A stretch of 64,000 bases of DNA from Oscillibacter sp. (lineage in GTDB: Bacteria; Bacillota; Clostridia; Oscillospirales; Oscillospiraceae). Positions 28,228 to 38,542 of this stretch are shown here, piece after piece. The translations under genes and the position numbers were made by a program. Each line of letters opens with the position of its first letter. The first letter of the stretch is position 1. The notes below the pieces were generated by a model. The model was not told the origin of the DNA. It did no database searches and was given only the letters and a program-made list of their open reading frames with translations. The stretch is taken from NCBI GenBank assembly GCA_017482345.1, contig JAFUNB010000011.1, positions 2,952 to 66,951 on the forward strand. Direction: 5' to 3'.

Positions 28228-30267
28228 ATGCCTCAAATCAAACAGTTAGACGCCCACGTGGCCGACCTGATCGCCGCCGGCGAGGTGGTGGAGCGGCCTG
28301 CCAGCGTGGTGAAGGAGCTGGTGGAAAACGCCATCGACGCCGGCTGCTCCGCCGTGGTGGTGGAGATCCAGCGGGGCGGAATGGGCCTCATCCGCGTGAC
28401 GGACAACGGCTGCGGCATCGCCCCCGCCGAGCTGCCCACCGCCTTCCTGCGTCATGCCACCTCCAAGCTCCGCAGCCAGGAGGATCTGGCGAAAATCGGA
28501 ACCCTCGGCTTCCGCGGTGAGGCGCTGGCCGCCATCTCTGCCGTCAGCCGGGTGGACATCCTGACTCGTCAGAAGGGCAGTGCCAGCGGTGCCAAGCTCC
28601 ATCTGGAGGGCGGCGTGCCCGGCAGCGTGGAGGAGGCCGGCGCCCCGGAGGGCACCACCATTCTGGTGCGGGACCTGTTCTATAACACCCCCGCCCGCCT
28701 GAAATTCATGCGGAAGGACAGCGCCGAAACCGCCGCCGTGGCGGGCCTTATGCAGCATCTGGCCCTGTCCCACCCGGATATTTCCTTCAAATTCATCAAG
28801 GACGGCACGGACGCCCTCCACACCCCCGGTGACGGGAAGCTGGAGTCTGCCATCTATGCTGCCCTGGGCCGTGAGTTCGCCCGCAGTCTGGTGCCCGTGA
28901 AGGGCCGCGGCGGCGAGGTGGAGGTCACCGGCTTTGTCACCAAGCCCCTCATGGGCCGCGGCTCCCGCTCCATGCAGGTGTTCTTCGTCAACGGCCGCTT
29001 CATCAAGTCCCAGCTGCTGACGGCCGCGCTGGAGGAGGGCTACCGCAACCAGATCATGAAGGGCAAGTTCCCCGGCTGCGTTCTCTCTGTCACTCTGCCG
29101 GTGACGGCGGTTGATGTGAATGTCCATCCCGCAAAGACCCAGGTGAAGTTCGCCCGGGAGCGGGAGGTGTTCGACGCCGTGTACCACACGGTGCTGGACT
29201 GTCTGGACCGCGCCGACGCGCCCGCCCCCGCCCCCAAGCCGGCGGCGGAGGTTGTGAATCCCCGGGGCGACTTTTTCCTGAACATGGACGCCAAGACCTA
29301 CCGGCAGCAGGCGGAGCAGCCGGCGGCACAGCCCGCCGCGAAGCCTGCTCCTGCCGCACCGGCCCGCCCCGCGTGGAATACGGAGTGGAAGCAGCCGGTG
29401 CGCGTAGCGGACGCCGCACCGGAAAAGCCCCTGTACCAGACCCGGCCCCCGATGAAGAGCGCCGTGTCCGCTCTGGGCGGCGGCCCGGCCTCTGTCATTG
29501 CCCGCCCTGCGGTCAAGGAGGAATCCAAGTCTGCCCCTGCACTGAAGATTGTCCCGCCCGCCCCCAAGCCGGCGCCCGCCCCTGTGACGGAGATCTCGGT
29601 GAAGCCGGAGGCGGAGAAACGGCCCTTCGTGCCCGCCATCCCGCCGGAGCAGCAGAAGCTGGATCTGCCGGGACTGGTGCGCCCCGCTGAGGCGGAGGAA
29701 CAGGAGGCCCCCTGGCGCATCGCCGGCGAGATTTTGAACACCTATATCGTCTGCGAGAGCGAGGACCACTGCGTCTACCTCATTGATAAACACGCCGCCC
29801 ACGAGCGGGTGAACTTTGACCGGCTGAAGGCCGCCCAGACGCCGCCCATGCGCCAGACTTTACTGACCCCCGTGGCGGCGGAGCTGGGCAGGGAGGACTG
29901 CGCTCTCCTGTTGGAAAACGCCGCCCTGCTGGAGAGCTTCGGCTTTGCCTGCGAGGACTTCGGCGACGGCGCTGTGCTGGTGCGGGAGGTGCCCGCGGAC
30001 ATGGATGCCGCCGATACTGCCGCCACGCTGGAGGAGATCGCGGAAAATCTGCGCACCGGCCGTTCTCTCGCCGAAAAGCGGGAGAACCTGCTGCACACCA
30101 TGGCCTGCAAGGCCGCTATCAAGGGCGGCTGGACCAGCGACATCTCCGAATTGCGCGTGCTGGTGGAAAAGGTGCAGCGCGGGGAAGTGAAATACTGCCC
30201 CCACGGCCGCCCTGTGGCGGTGAAGCTGACGAAGTACGAGCTGGAAAAGATGTTTAAACGCGCATAA
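28228..30267 (+). CDS. mutL: DNA mismatch repair endonuclease MutL
   Basis: IAAGEVVERP, DNGCG, GFRGEAL, DVNVHP, DKHAAHER, ACK, CPHGRP. Confidence 0.97.
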   Translation: MPQIKQLDAHVADLIAAGEVVERPASVVKELVENAIDAGCSAVVVEIQRGGMGLIRVTDNGCGIAPAELPTAFLRHATSKLRSQEDLAKIGTLGFRGEALAAISAVSRVDILTRQKGSASGAKLHLEGGVPGSVEEAGAPEGTTILVRDLFYNTPARLKFMRKDSAETAAVAGLMQHLALSHPDISFKFIKDGTDALHTPGDGKLESAIYAALGREFARSLVPVKGRGGEVEVTGFVTKPLMGRGSRSMQVFFVNGRFIKSQLLTAALEEGYRNQIMKGKFPGCVLSVTLPVTAVDVNVHPAKTQVKFAREREVFDAVYHTVLDCLDRADAPAPAPKPAAEVVNPRGDFFLNMDAKTYRQQAEQPAAQPAAKPAPAAPARPAWNTEWKQPVRVADAAPEKPLYQTRPPMKSAVSALGGGPASVIARPAVKEESKSAPALKIVPPAPKPAPAPVTEISVKPEAEKRPFVPAIPPEQQKLDLPGLVRPAEAEEQEAPWRIAGEILNTYIVCESEDHCVYLIDKHAAHERVNFDRLKAAQTPPMRQTLLTPVAAELGREDCALLLENAALLESFGFACEDFGDGAVLVREVPADMDAADTAATLEEIAENLRTGRSLAEKRENLLHTMACKAAIKGGWTSDISELRVLVEKVQRGEVKYCPHGRPVAVKLTKYELEKMFKRA

Positions 30268-30282
30268 GAGGAGCGTTTTGCC

Positions 30283-30876
30283 ATGAAACTCTTGTTTGTA
30301 AACTGCTGCATCAGCCAGCGGGGAGAGTCCTCCCGCACGCTGGCGCTGGCGGAAAGCTATCTCGCCGCCTTCCGGGCGAAGCACCCGGAGGCGGTGGTGG
30401 AGACCGTGACGCCGGAGCAGATGCTGGCCTTAAAACCCTTTGACGCGGCACTGCTGAACGAGCGCGACGCGCTGGCCAAAGCGGGGAAGTTTGACGATCC
30501 CCTGTATGATCTGGCCCGGCAGTTCGCCGCGGCGGACCACATTGTGGTGGCCGCGCCCTACTGGGACATGAGCTACCCTGCGGCTCTGCGCACCTACATC
30601 GAATATATCTCCGCCAACGGCCTTGCCTACCACTACGAAATGGACGGCAGCCATGGCGACTGCGCCGGGGAGCATCTGGTGTATCTCACCAGCGGCGGCG
30701 ACTTTGAACACGAGGACAGCGTGGGCGTTGTCCACTGGCGGCAGCTGTGTACACTGTTCGGCATCGGACAGTTCGACTATGTGTTTGCCGGCGGACTGGA
30801 CATCGACCCCGCAAAGACCCCCGCCCTGTTGGAGAGCGCCTGCGAGCTGGCGCGCCGTCTGGCGGAGCAGGACTGA
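30283..30876 (+). CDS. FMN-dependent NADH azoreductase / flavodoxin-like oxidoreductase
   Basis: SRTLALA, FAAADHIVVAAPYWDMSYPA, TSGG. Confidence 0.82.
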   Translation: MKLLFVNCCISQRGESSRTLALAESYLAAFRAKHPEAVVETVTPEQMLALKPFDAALLNERDALAKAGKFDDPLYDLARQFAAADHIVVAAPYWDMSYPAALRTYIEYISANGLAYHYEMDGSHGDCAGEHLVYLTSGGDFEHEDSVGVVHWRQLCTLFGIGQFDYVFAGGLDIDPAKTPALLESACELARRLAEQD

Positions 30877-30896
30877 ATCGCAAAAAGGAGGTGCCT

Positions 30897-31841
30897 ATGG
30901 CGCCGAAGATCGTCTGTGTCGTAGGCCCTACCGCCTGCGGAAAAACGAAAATGGGCGTGCTCATCGCCCAGAAGTTCAACGGGGAAGTGGTCTCCGTGGA
31001 CTCCATGCAGATCTACCGGAGTATGACCGTGGGAACCGCCGCACCCACGGAAGAGGAGATGTGCGGCGTGCCCCATCATATGGTGGCCGTGGCAGATCCG
31101 GGTGAACAGTGGTCCGCCGCCCGCTACGCGGAGGCCGCCACCGCATGCGTGGACGACATCCTCGCCCGGGGCAAGCTGCCGGTTCTGGTGGGCGGCACGG
31201 GACTGTGGCTGGACGCAGTGGTGAAAGGCCACGGCTTCGCCGGCGGCCACGCGGAGAGCGAGACCCGCAAAATTTTGCAGCAGCGACTGGAGCAGGAGGG
31301 CATCGAGCCTCTGCTGGAGGAGCTGCGGCAGGTGGATCCCGCCTCGGCGGACAAGCTCCATCCGGCGGATGAGAAGCGCATCCTCCGGGCGCTGGAGGTA
31401 TGGCTGGAGACGGGCAAGACCATCACCGCCCACAATGAGGAGACGAAGAACATCCCGCCACGGTATGACGCTGTCTGGATCGGCCTGCAGTTTGCCGACC
31501 GGGAGGACATGAAAGCGCTCATCGACCGCCGCGTGGACATGATGGTGGACGAGGGACTGCTGGAGGAAGTGGAGACCCTGCTGAAATCCGGCCTGGATCC
31601 CCATTCCACCGCCCTGCAGGCCATCGGCTACAAAGAGTTCTTCGGCGTGCTCAGCGGTACCGCCACCGTGGAGGAGGCGCTGGCGGAGGTGAAGCTCCGC
31701 TCCCGGCAGTACGCCAAGCGGCAGCTGACCTGGCTGCGGCGGAATCCGGCCATTCACTGGATCTATTGGGAAAAAGAGCGGGATTTTGCCCGCGCATTGC
31801 AAATTTCGACAGAAATCCTGAACGCCCAGGGGGTATGCTAA
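30897..31841 (+). CDS. miaA: tRNA dimethylallyltransferase
   Basis: GPTACGKT, DSMQIY, VGGTGLW, QAIGYKE, YAKRQLTW. Confidence 0.96.
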   Translation: MAPKIVCVVGPTACGKTKMGVLIAQKFNGEVVSVDSMQIYRSMTVGTAAPTEEEMCGVPHHMVAVADPGEQWSAARYAEAATACVDDILARGKLPVLVGGTGLWLDAVVKGHGFAGGHAESETRKILQQRLEQEGIEPLLEELRQVDPASADKLHPADEKRILRALEVWLETGKTITAHNEETKNIPPRYDAVWIGLQFADREDMKALIDRRVDMMVDEGLLEEVETLLKSGLDPHSTALQAIGYKEFFGVLSGTATVEEALAEVKLRSRQYAKRQLTWLRRNPAIHWIYWEKERDFARALQISTEILNAQGVC

Positions 31842-31904
31842 CCTCAGGCGGACGGGACGCAAACATGACTGTCCGACCCAAACAGAAAAAAGGAGCGGAC
31901 AATC

Positions 31905-32126
31905 ATGACAAAAGCCAATTTACAGGACATCTTCCTGCTTCGTGCCAGACGGGAACAGGTGCCGGTCACCATGTTTTTGATGAACGGCTTCCAAATGCGG
32001 GGCGTCATCACGGGATTTGACGCCTTCGTGGTTATTTTGGAATCCGATGGCAAACAGCAGGTGATCTATAAGCATGCAATTTCCACCATCGCGCCGCAGA
32101 GAGCGGTGGAACTGGAACAGACGTAA
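31905..32126 (+). CDS. hfq: RNA chaperone Hfq
   Basis: [26 protein letters not shown]; downstream of miaA. Confidence 0.95.
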   Translation: MTKANLQDIFLLRARREQVPVTMFLMNGFQMRGVITGFDAFVVILESDGKQQVIYKHAISTIAPQRAVELEQT

Positions 32127-32165
32127 ACTCCCTCCGGCGGTGCCGGAGGACCGCGAGGATCTCAT

Positions 32166-33446
32166 ATGAAAAACACATCGCTTGCAACCAAAACTTTATT
32201 GCTGCTGCTGACGCTGGGCATTCTGGCCTATTTCGGCATCCAGGGCTTCCAGTATCTGGCGGATCCGCTGACCACAACCCTGGCCTACACCTATCAGGTG
32301 GAGGAGGGCATCGACCTGTCCGGCTATGTCATCCGGCAGGAGCGGGTGCTGACGGACGAGGGCGACGGACTGCTGCGCCTGCAGCGCGCCGAGGGCGAAA
32401 AGGTCAGCTCCGGCGGCACGGTGGCCGTGGTCTACGCCGACCAGGACTCCCTCAAGCGCCAGCAGGAGATCGACGAGGTGAACGCCCGTCTGGAGCAGCT
32501 GCGCTTTGCCCAGGAGGCCTCCCTCGGCTCCGAGGTGTCGCTGAAGCTGGACGCCCAGATTATGGAGAGCCTGCTGGACTTCCGCACGGAAGTGGCGGCC
32601 GACCGGTTGGACAAGGCGGAGGACCACGAGGTGGAGCTGAAGTCTCTGGTGCTGAAGCGGGACTATACATACACCGCCACGGAGGACCTCTCCGGCCAGA
32701 TCCAGGAGCTGGAGACCCGGCTCAGTGGGCTGAAAAGCCAGGCGGCATCCTCCGTCCGGCGGATCTCTGCCCCCCAGACCGGCGTCTATTCCGCCGTGGT
32801 GGACGGCTACGAGTCCGTGCTGACGCCGGACATGCTGGCAGAGCTGACGCCCTCCCGCCTGAGTGAGCTGAAAAGCGACGGCAGCGATTCCGACTTGGGC
32901 AAGCTCATCTTAGGCGACGACTGGTACTACGCCGTCACCATGAAGACTGAGGAGGCCGAGGAACTGGAAGAGCTGTCCCAACGGCTGGAGGATCAGGGCG
33001 GCAGCCTGTGCCTGCGGTTTGCCAAGGGCGTGGAGCAGGATCTGCGGGTGAAGGTCCACAGTGTGGGCGAGGAGGAGAACGGCCGTGCCGTGGTGGTGCT
33101 CCACGGCCGCAGCTATCTGGCTCAGTTGACGCTGCTGCGCCAGCAGAGCGCCATGATCATCCGGGACACCATCACCGGCATCCGCGTGCCCCAGGCCGCG
33201 CTGCACGCCGCCAACACCAAGCTGGACGAAAACGGCCAGCGCACCACCGTGGAGGGCACCGGCTTGTACTGCGTGGTGGGCATGGAGGCCCGGTTCAAGC
33301 CTGTGCGGGTGCTGCACAGCGGCGACGGCTTCGTGCTGGTGGAGTCCACTGCGGCCTCCAATCAGGAGAGTTTGCGCCTGCGGCCCGGCGATGAGGTGAT
33401 CATCGCGGCCAGCGGCCTGTACGACGGCAGGTCGTCAAATAAGTGA
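32166..33446 (+). CDS. Membrane-anchored HlyD/adaptor-like hypothetical protein
   Basis: N-terminal TM, EGEKV..G and APQTG half-lipoyl motifs flanking a coiled coil; precedes yggS-sepF. Confidence 0.65.
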   Translation: MKNTSLATKTLLLLLTLGILAYFGIQGFQYLADPLTTTLAYTYQVEEGIDLSGYVIRQERVLTDEGDGLLRLQRAEGEKVSSGGTVAVVYADQDSLKRQQEIDEVNARLEQLRFAQEASLGSEVSLKLDAQIMESLLDFRTEVAADRLDKAEDHEVELKSLVLKRDYTYTATEDLSGQIQELETRLSGLKSQAASSVRRISAPQTGVYSAVVDGYESVLTPDMLAELTPSRLSELKSDGSDSDLGKLILGDDWYYAVTMKTEEAEELEELSQRLEDQGGSLCLRFAKGVEQDLRVKVHSVGEEENGRAVVVLHGRSYLAQLTLLRQQSAMIIRDTITGIRVPQAALHAANTKLDENGQRTTVEGTGLYCVVGMEARFKPVRVLHSGDGFVLVESTAASNQESLRLRPGDEVIIAASGLYDGRSSNK

Positions 33447-33480
33447 TTGAAAATTTTTAGATAAAGGAAGTTGGAAAGCC

Positions 33481-34176
<696 letters not shown>

Positions 34177-34197
34177 ACTCCACAAGGAGGTTTTGCC

Positions 34198-34635
34198 ATG
34201 GGCATTCTGGACGAGCTGAAAAAACTGACCCACCCCTACGAGGACGAAGACGAGGACTTCGATGATTTCGAGGAAATGCCTCGCCGCGAGCCTGCATTTG
34301 ACGACCGCAAGGCCAAGGTGGAGGACCGCCGCGGCAAAGTGGTGAACATCCACGCCACCACCCAGCTGAAGGTGGTTCTGGTGAAGCCGGAGCGCTTCGA
34401 AAACGCCTCCGAGATCGCCGATCATCTGAAGGACAAGCGCACCGTGGTGCTGAATCTGGAGTCCACCAACAAGGATGTGGCCCGCCGCCTGATCGACTTC
34501 CTGTCCGGCGTTGCTTACGCCGGCGAGGGCAAGATCAAGAAGGTCGCCGCCAACACCTACCTCATCACGCCCTACCATGTAGATATCGAGGGCGATCTGA
34601 TCGACGAGCTGGAAAACAACGGTCTGTACTTCTAA
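34198..34635 (+). CDS. sepF: Cell division protein SepF
   Basis: IADHL..VVLNLE..ARRLIDFLSG. Confidence 0.93.
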   Translation: MGILDELKKLTHPYEDEDEDFDDFEEMPRREPAFDDRKAKVEDRRGKVVNIHATTQLKVVLVKPERFENASEIADHLKDKRTVVLNLESTNKDVARRLIDFLSGVAYAGEGKIKKVAANTYLITPYHVDIEGDLIDELENNGLYF

Positions 34636-34653
34636 ACAGGGGGATATTGCCAT

Positions 34654-35346
34654 ATGCTGACACCGCAGGAAGTTTCTACCCACGCATTTACCAAGGCCGC
34701 CTTCGGCGGATACAACATGGCCATGGTGGACGAGTTTCTGGACGAGCTCACCGATGACTATACCACACTGTATAAAGAGAACGCAGCCCTGAAGGCCAAG
34801 TTGAAAGTGCTGGTGGAGAAGGTGGAGGATTACCGCGCCACGGAGGATTCTATGCGCGCCACTCTGCTGACCGCCCAGAAGATGGCCGATTCCATCGTCC
34901 GCGAGGCCGAGGCCAAGCGCGACAACCTGATGGCTCAGGCCGAGGCACAGGCTCAGGAGAAGATCGCCGCCCTGCGCGCCGAGATCGCTGAGACTGAGGG
35001 CCGCCTGCAGACCGGCCGCGACGAGCTGGCCCGCTTCATCGCCTCCAGCCGCGAGATCTGCGCCAAGGAGCTGGCCTTCCTGGACCAGCTGCCGGAGATC
35101 CCCGTCACCAAGGCTGCCCCGGTGGAGACCGTTGCCGCCCCCGCTGAGGAGCAGATCCAGGAGATCGAGGAGAACGTGCTGGCCGCCTTCGCCGAAGTGG
35201 AGGAAGAGGTTGTTGAAGAGCCCGTGGCAGAGGAATCCTATCCCGAGGGCGATCCCTTTGCCCGGGAAGAGGAAGTCTCCGAGCCCACCCGCCGCATCAA
35301 TCTGGACGATCTGAAGTTCGGCCGCAATTACAGAGGCGACGAATAA
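34654..35346 (+). CDS. DivIVA domain-containing protein
   Basis: MLTPQEV..F....GGY....VDEFLD, then coiled coil; after sepF. Confidence 0.88.
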   Translation: MLTPQEVSTHAFTKAAFGGYNMAMVDEFLDELTDDYTTLYKENAALKAKLKVLVEKVEDYRATEDSMRATLLTAQKMADSIVREAEAKRDNLMAQAEAQAQEKIAALRAEIAETEGRLQTGRDELARFIASSREICAKELAFLDQLPEIPVTKAAPVETVAAPAEEQIQEIEENVLAAFAEVEEEVVEEPVAEESYPEGDPFAREEEVSEPTRRINLDDLKFGRNYRGDE

Positions 35347-35354
35347 CCCGTATG

Positions 35355-35385
35355 AAAGGCGGCTCGGACTGAGCCGCCTTTTTTT
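35355..35385 (+). terminator. Intrinsic terminator
   Basis: aaaggcggctc-ggact-gagccgccttt followed by a T-run. Confidence 0.85.
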
Positions 35386-35405
35386 CTGACAGGAGGATGT
35401 TTACC

Positions 35406-36287
35406 ATGGAAAAACAGCGTCCCATCGTGGCGTTTCTGTACGACTTTGATAAGACCCTCTGCACCACCGACATGCAGAACTACGCCTTCATTCCCTCTCT
35501 GGGCATGACCCCCGGCGAGTTCTGGGCCGTGGCCAACGGCTTCGGCCGGGAAAACCGGATCGACGGCATCCTGGCCTATATGTATACCATGATCACCGAG
35601 TCTGACAAGCGGGGCATTCCCCTGACCCGGGAGAGTCTGGTGGAGAAGGGCCGCAGCATCGTGCTGTTCCCCGGCGTGGAGGAGTGGTTCGCCCGCATCA
35701 ACGCCTTCGGCGAGGAGCAGGGTGTGCAGGTGGAGCATTACATCATCTCCTCCGGCCTGCGGGAGATCATCGAGGGCAGCACCATTCACGGGGAATTCAA
35801 GGAGATCTACGCCAGCGAATTCCATTATGATGAGACCGGCCGCCCCGTCTGGCCCAAGCTGGCTGTCAACTTCACCGCCAAGACCCAGTTCGTCTACCGC
35901 ATCAACAAGGGCGTGCTGGATGTGTCTGACGACAAGACCCTCAACGACTCCATGCCCGACGACAGCAAGCGGGTGCCCTTCACCAACATGATCTATGTGG
36001 GTGACGGCCTTTCCGACGTGCCCTGCATGAAGATGATGCGGGCCTACGGCGGACAGGCCATTGCCGTGTATCAGGAGTCCAACCGTCTGGGCGTGGAGGA
36101 GCTGATGGCCAAGGGCCGCGTGGACTTCATCTTCCCGGCGGACTACTCCGAGGGTACCGCTCTGGATCTGACCGTCAAGGACATCATCCGCAAGATGGCC
36201 ATTGTGGACCGGCTGGGCGAGGAGACCGCCCACCAGCTGCGTACCATCGGCGGCGATGTGCTGCCCAATCAGGTGGGCCTGTTCTGA
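35406..36287 (+). CDS. HAD family hydrolase
   Basis: YDFDKTL, IISSG, GDGLSDVP motifs; AGGAGG RBS. Confidence 0.85.
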   Translation: MEKQRPIVAFLYDFDKTLCTTDMQNYAFIPSLGMTPGEFWAVANGFGRENRIDGILAYMYTMITESDKRGIPLTRESLVEKGRSIVLFPGVEEWFARINAFGEEQGVQVEHYIISSGLREIIEGSTIHGEFKEIYASEFHYDETGRPVWPKLAVNFTAKTQFVYRINKGVLDVSDDKTLNDSMPDDSKRVPFTNMIYVGDGLSDVPCMKMMRAYGGQAIAVYQESNRLGVEELMAKGRVDFIFPADYSEGTALDLTVKDIIRKMAIVDRLGEETAHQLRTIGGDVLPNQVGLF

Positions 36288-36302
36288 ATCACAAACTGCA
36301 AG

Positions 36303-36330
36303 AGACTGCCCTGCGGGGCAGTCTTTTTTT
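36303..36330 (+). terminator. Intrinsic terminator
   Basis: agactgccc-tgcg-gggcagtct followed by a T-run. Confidence 0.85.
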
Positions 36331-36414
36331 GACAAAAGCGTTTACAATCCGTATCCTTTTTGTTAAACTATACCGTACGTATTTAGAAATCCACTCTGAA
36401 AAGGAGCATCACAT

Positions 36415-37101
36415 ATGGCATCCACCACTGAATTTTCCCGCACCCTCTCTCTGCTGCGTCAGGAGCGGGGCGTCTCCCAGCGCACGGCCGCGGCAGATCT
36501 GGGCATTTCCCAGGCGCTGCTGTCCCACTACGAGAACGGCATCCGCGAGCCGGGCCTTTCCTTCGTGGTCAAGGCCTGCGATTATTATCATGTGTCCGCC
36601 GACTTCATTCTGGGCCGCACCCTGTCCCGTGAGGGCAGCATGCTGACCAGCGAAGAGGTGCTGAACGCCGCCGAGCCGGGCAACATCCTGCAGGGCAGCG
36701 TGCTGGCCACCCTGCAGAGCAAGCTGCTCTCCGGCGCCATCGGCGTGCTGTTCGGTCTGCTTGGCAAGCTGGGCGACAAGGCCGCCATCAACACCGCCGC
36801 CGGTTACCTGGGCAGCGCCGTGTACCAGCTGTACCGCCACCTGTACCGCACCGCCGGCAGCAACGAGGCCTATTTCTCTCTGGACCCCGCCGCCTGCACC
36901 ATGGGCACCGCCGACGCGGACATGAAGCTCAGCGAGGTGCAGTACGCCCGCGCTCTGCGGGCGCAGGCCGCCAAAAAGGCGGAGTTCCCCGACCTGTCTC
37001 CCGAGGCCCTGACCGCCGCCTATCCCGGCCGCTGCCAGAGCCTGACCCAGGTGCTCAGCACGGCCGACGCCCGCCTGAACGCCCTGACCACGGAGAAGTG
37101 A
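36415..37101 (+). CDS. XRE family HTH regulator with unknown C-terminal domain
   Basis: LRQERGVSQ..AA.DLGISQALLSHYENGIREP. Confidence 0.85.
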   Translation: MASTTEFSRTLSLLRQERGVSQRTAAADLGISQALLSHYENGIREPGLSFVVKACDYYHVSADFILGRTLSREGSMLTSEEVLNAAEPGNILQGSVLATLQSKLLSGAIGVLFGLLGKLGDKAAINTAAGYLGSAVYQLYRHLYRTAGSNEAYFSLDPAACTMGTADADMKLSEVQYARALRAQAAKKAEFPDLSPEALTAAYPGRCQSLTQVLSTADARLNALTTEK

Positions 37102-37102
37102 C

Positions 37103-38533
37103 ATGAGCTTTCAATCCCTGATCTTTCTGGCCTTTCTGGCCGTGTCGGTGCCGGTGTGCATCGCCGCCGGACGCCGCAGCCATCAGGCGGGACTTACCGC
37201 CCTGGGCCTCTCCTGCCTGATCTTCTATGTGGCGGGCGGCGGCTGGGACGCGTTCCTCGTCCTGTGCGCCGGTATTCTGGTCAGCCGCATCGCCGTCACC
37301 CGTCTGGCGGGCACGCCGGACTCCCCGGTGCGGAAGCGGGCCTTCATTCTGGCCATCGGCTACCACATCGCCGTTCTGCTGGTGTTCAAATACGCCGGAT
37401 TCTTCACCGGCGGCGCTTTCAAAATGGACTGGGTGCCTCTGGGCCTGAGCTTTTTCACCTTCCAGCAGCTGTGGCTGCTGAAGGAGGTCTACGCCCGCCA
37501 GTTCGCCCACGGCGGTCTGCTGAACGACCTGCCCTGGTACGCCCTGTTCTACCCCACCATCACCTCCGGCCCCATCCTGCGGCCCGGCGCCTTCTTCCCC
37601 CAGCTGACGGGGGAAACCTTCCTGCGTCCGGACTGGGAGGACATCGCCGCCGGCGTCTACGCCATCTGCTGCGGCACCGTGAAGAAGGTGCTGCTGGCGG
37701 ACCCCTTCGGCACGCTGGTGAACAACGGCTGGGCACGGCTGGGCGATCTCAGTGCCCCTGCCGCATGGCTGGTGATGCTGGGCTACACCCTGCAGCTGTA
37801 CTTTGACTTCTCCGGCTATTGCGACATCGCCACGGGCATCGCCCGTCTGTTGGGCGTCCGCCTGCCGGTGAACTTCAACTCTCCCTACCGCAGCCTCTCC
37901 ATCGGGGAATTCTGGAAACGCTGGCACATCACCCTGACCACCTTTCTGCGGGAGTGCCTGTATTTCCCCCTGGGCGGCAGCAAAAAGGGCGAATTGCGCA
38001 CCTATCTCAACATCATGATCATCTTCCTGGTCAGCGGCTTCTGGCACGGCGCCGGCTGGACGTTCATCGTCTGGGGCGCCCTCCACGGTCTGGCCCAGGT
38101 GGTGGAACGCCTGTGGGGCAATCGGCGGGACCGCCTGCCCGCCCTCATTCGCTGGGCGCTGACCTTCGCCTTCGTCAACATCGCGTGGGTGTTCTTCCGG
38201 GCGCCGGACTTCGCCCAGGCGGCCCAGCTGCTGCGCGCCGCTGTGATCGGCGGCTTCGCCATGCCGGAGAGCTGGCTGGCGGCAGGTCTGTTCGGCAAGG
38301 AGGTGGGCGCCCTGCAGATCCTCATTCCCGCCATCAAGCCCTGGACGGATATTCTGCGGGTGCTGGTGCTGTACGGCGCCGGTATGCTCACCGTTCTGCT
38401 GCCGAACAACGTCATCGGCCAGACGGAGGACTTCCGTCCCCGCTGGTGGCAGGGTGTTGCGCTGGTGATCCTCACCGCCTGGTCCGTCCTGTCCTTCACC
38501 GGCATCACCACGTTCATCTATTCCAACTTCTAA
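37103..38533 (+). CDS. MBOAT family O-acyltransferase (AlgI/PatA/DltB-like)
   Basis: PLGLSFFTFQ, SGPI, QLYFDFSGY, NFNSPY, EFWKRWHITL, SGFWHG. Confidence 0.92.
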   Translation: MSFQSLIFLAFLAVSVPVCIAAGRRSHQAGLTALGLSCLIFYVAGGGWDAFLVLCAGILVSRIAVTRLAGTPDSPVRKRAFILAIGYHIAVLLVFKYAGFFTGGAFKMDWVPLGLSFFTFQQLWLLKEVYARQFAHGGLLNDLPWYALFYPTITSGPILRPGAFFPQLTGETFLRPDWEDIAAGVYAICCGTVKKVLLADPFGTLVNNGWARLGDLSAPAAWLVMLGYTLQLYFDFSGYCDIATGIARLLGVRLPVNFNSPYRSLSIGEFWKRWHITLTTFLRECLYFPLGGSKKGELRTYLNIMIIFLVSGFWHGAGWTFIVWGALHGLAQVVERLWGNRRDRLPALIRWALTFAFVNIAWVFFRAPDFAQAAQLLRAAVIGGFAMPESWLAAGLFGKEVGALQILIPAIKPWTDILRVLVLYGAGMLTVLLPNNVIGQTEDFRPRWWQGVALVILTAWSVLSFTGITTFIYSNF

Positions 38534-38542
38534 GGAGGCCGC

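Noticed and set aside
29200-29700. Pro/Ala-rich low-complexity stretch in mutL
   Set aside because: Normal variable linker between the ATPase and endonuclease domains.
31845-31885. GGGACGCAAA upstream of hfq resembling part of a c-di-GMP riboswitch
   Set aside because: Lacks the GGCAAACC/GAAA stem and the tetraloop receptor; probably chance or a simple hairpin.
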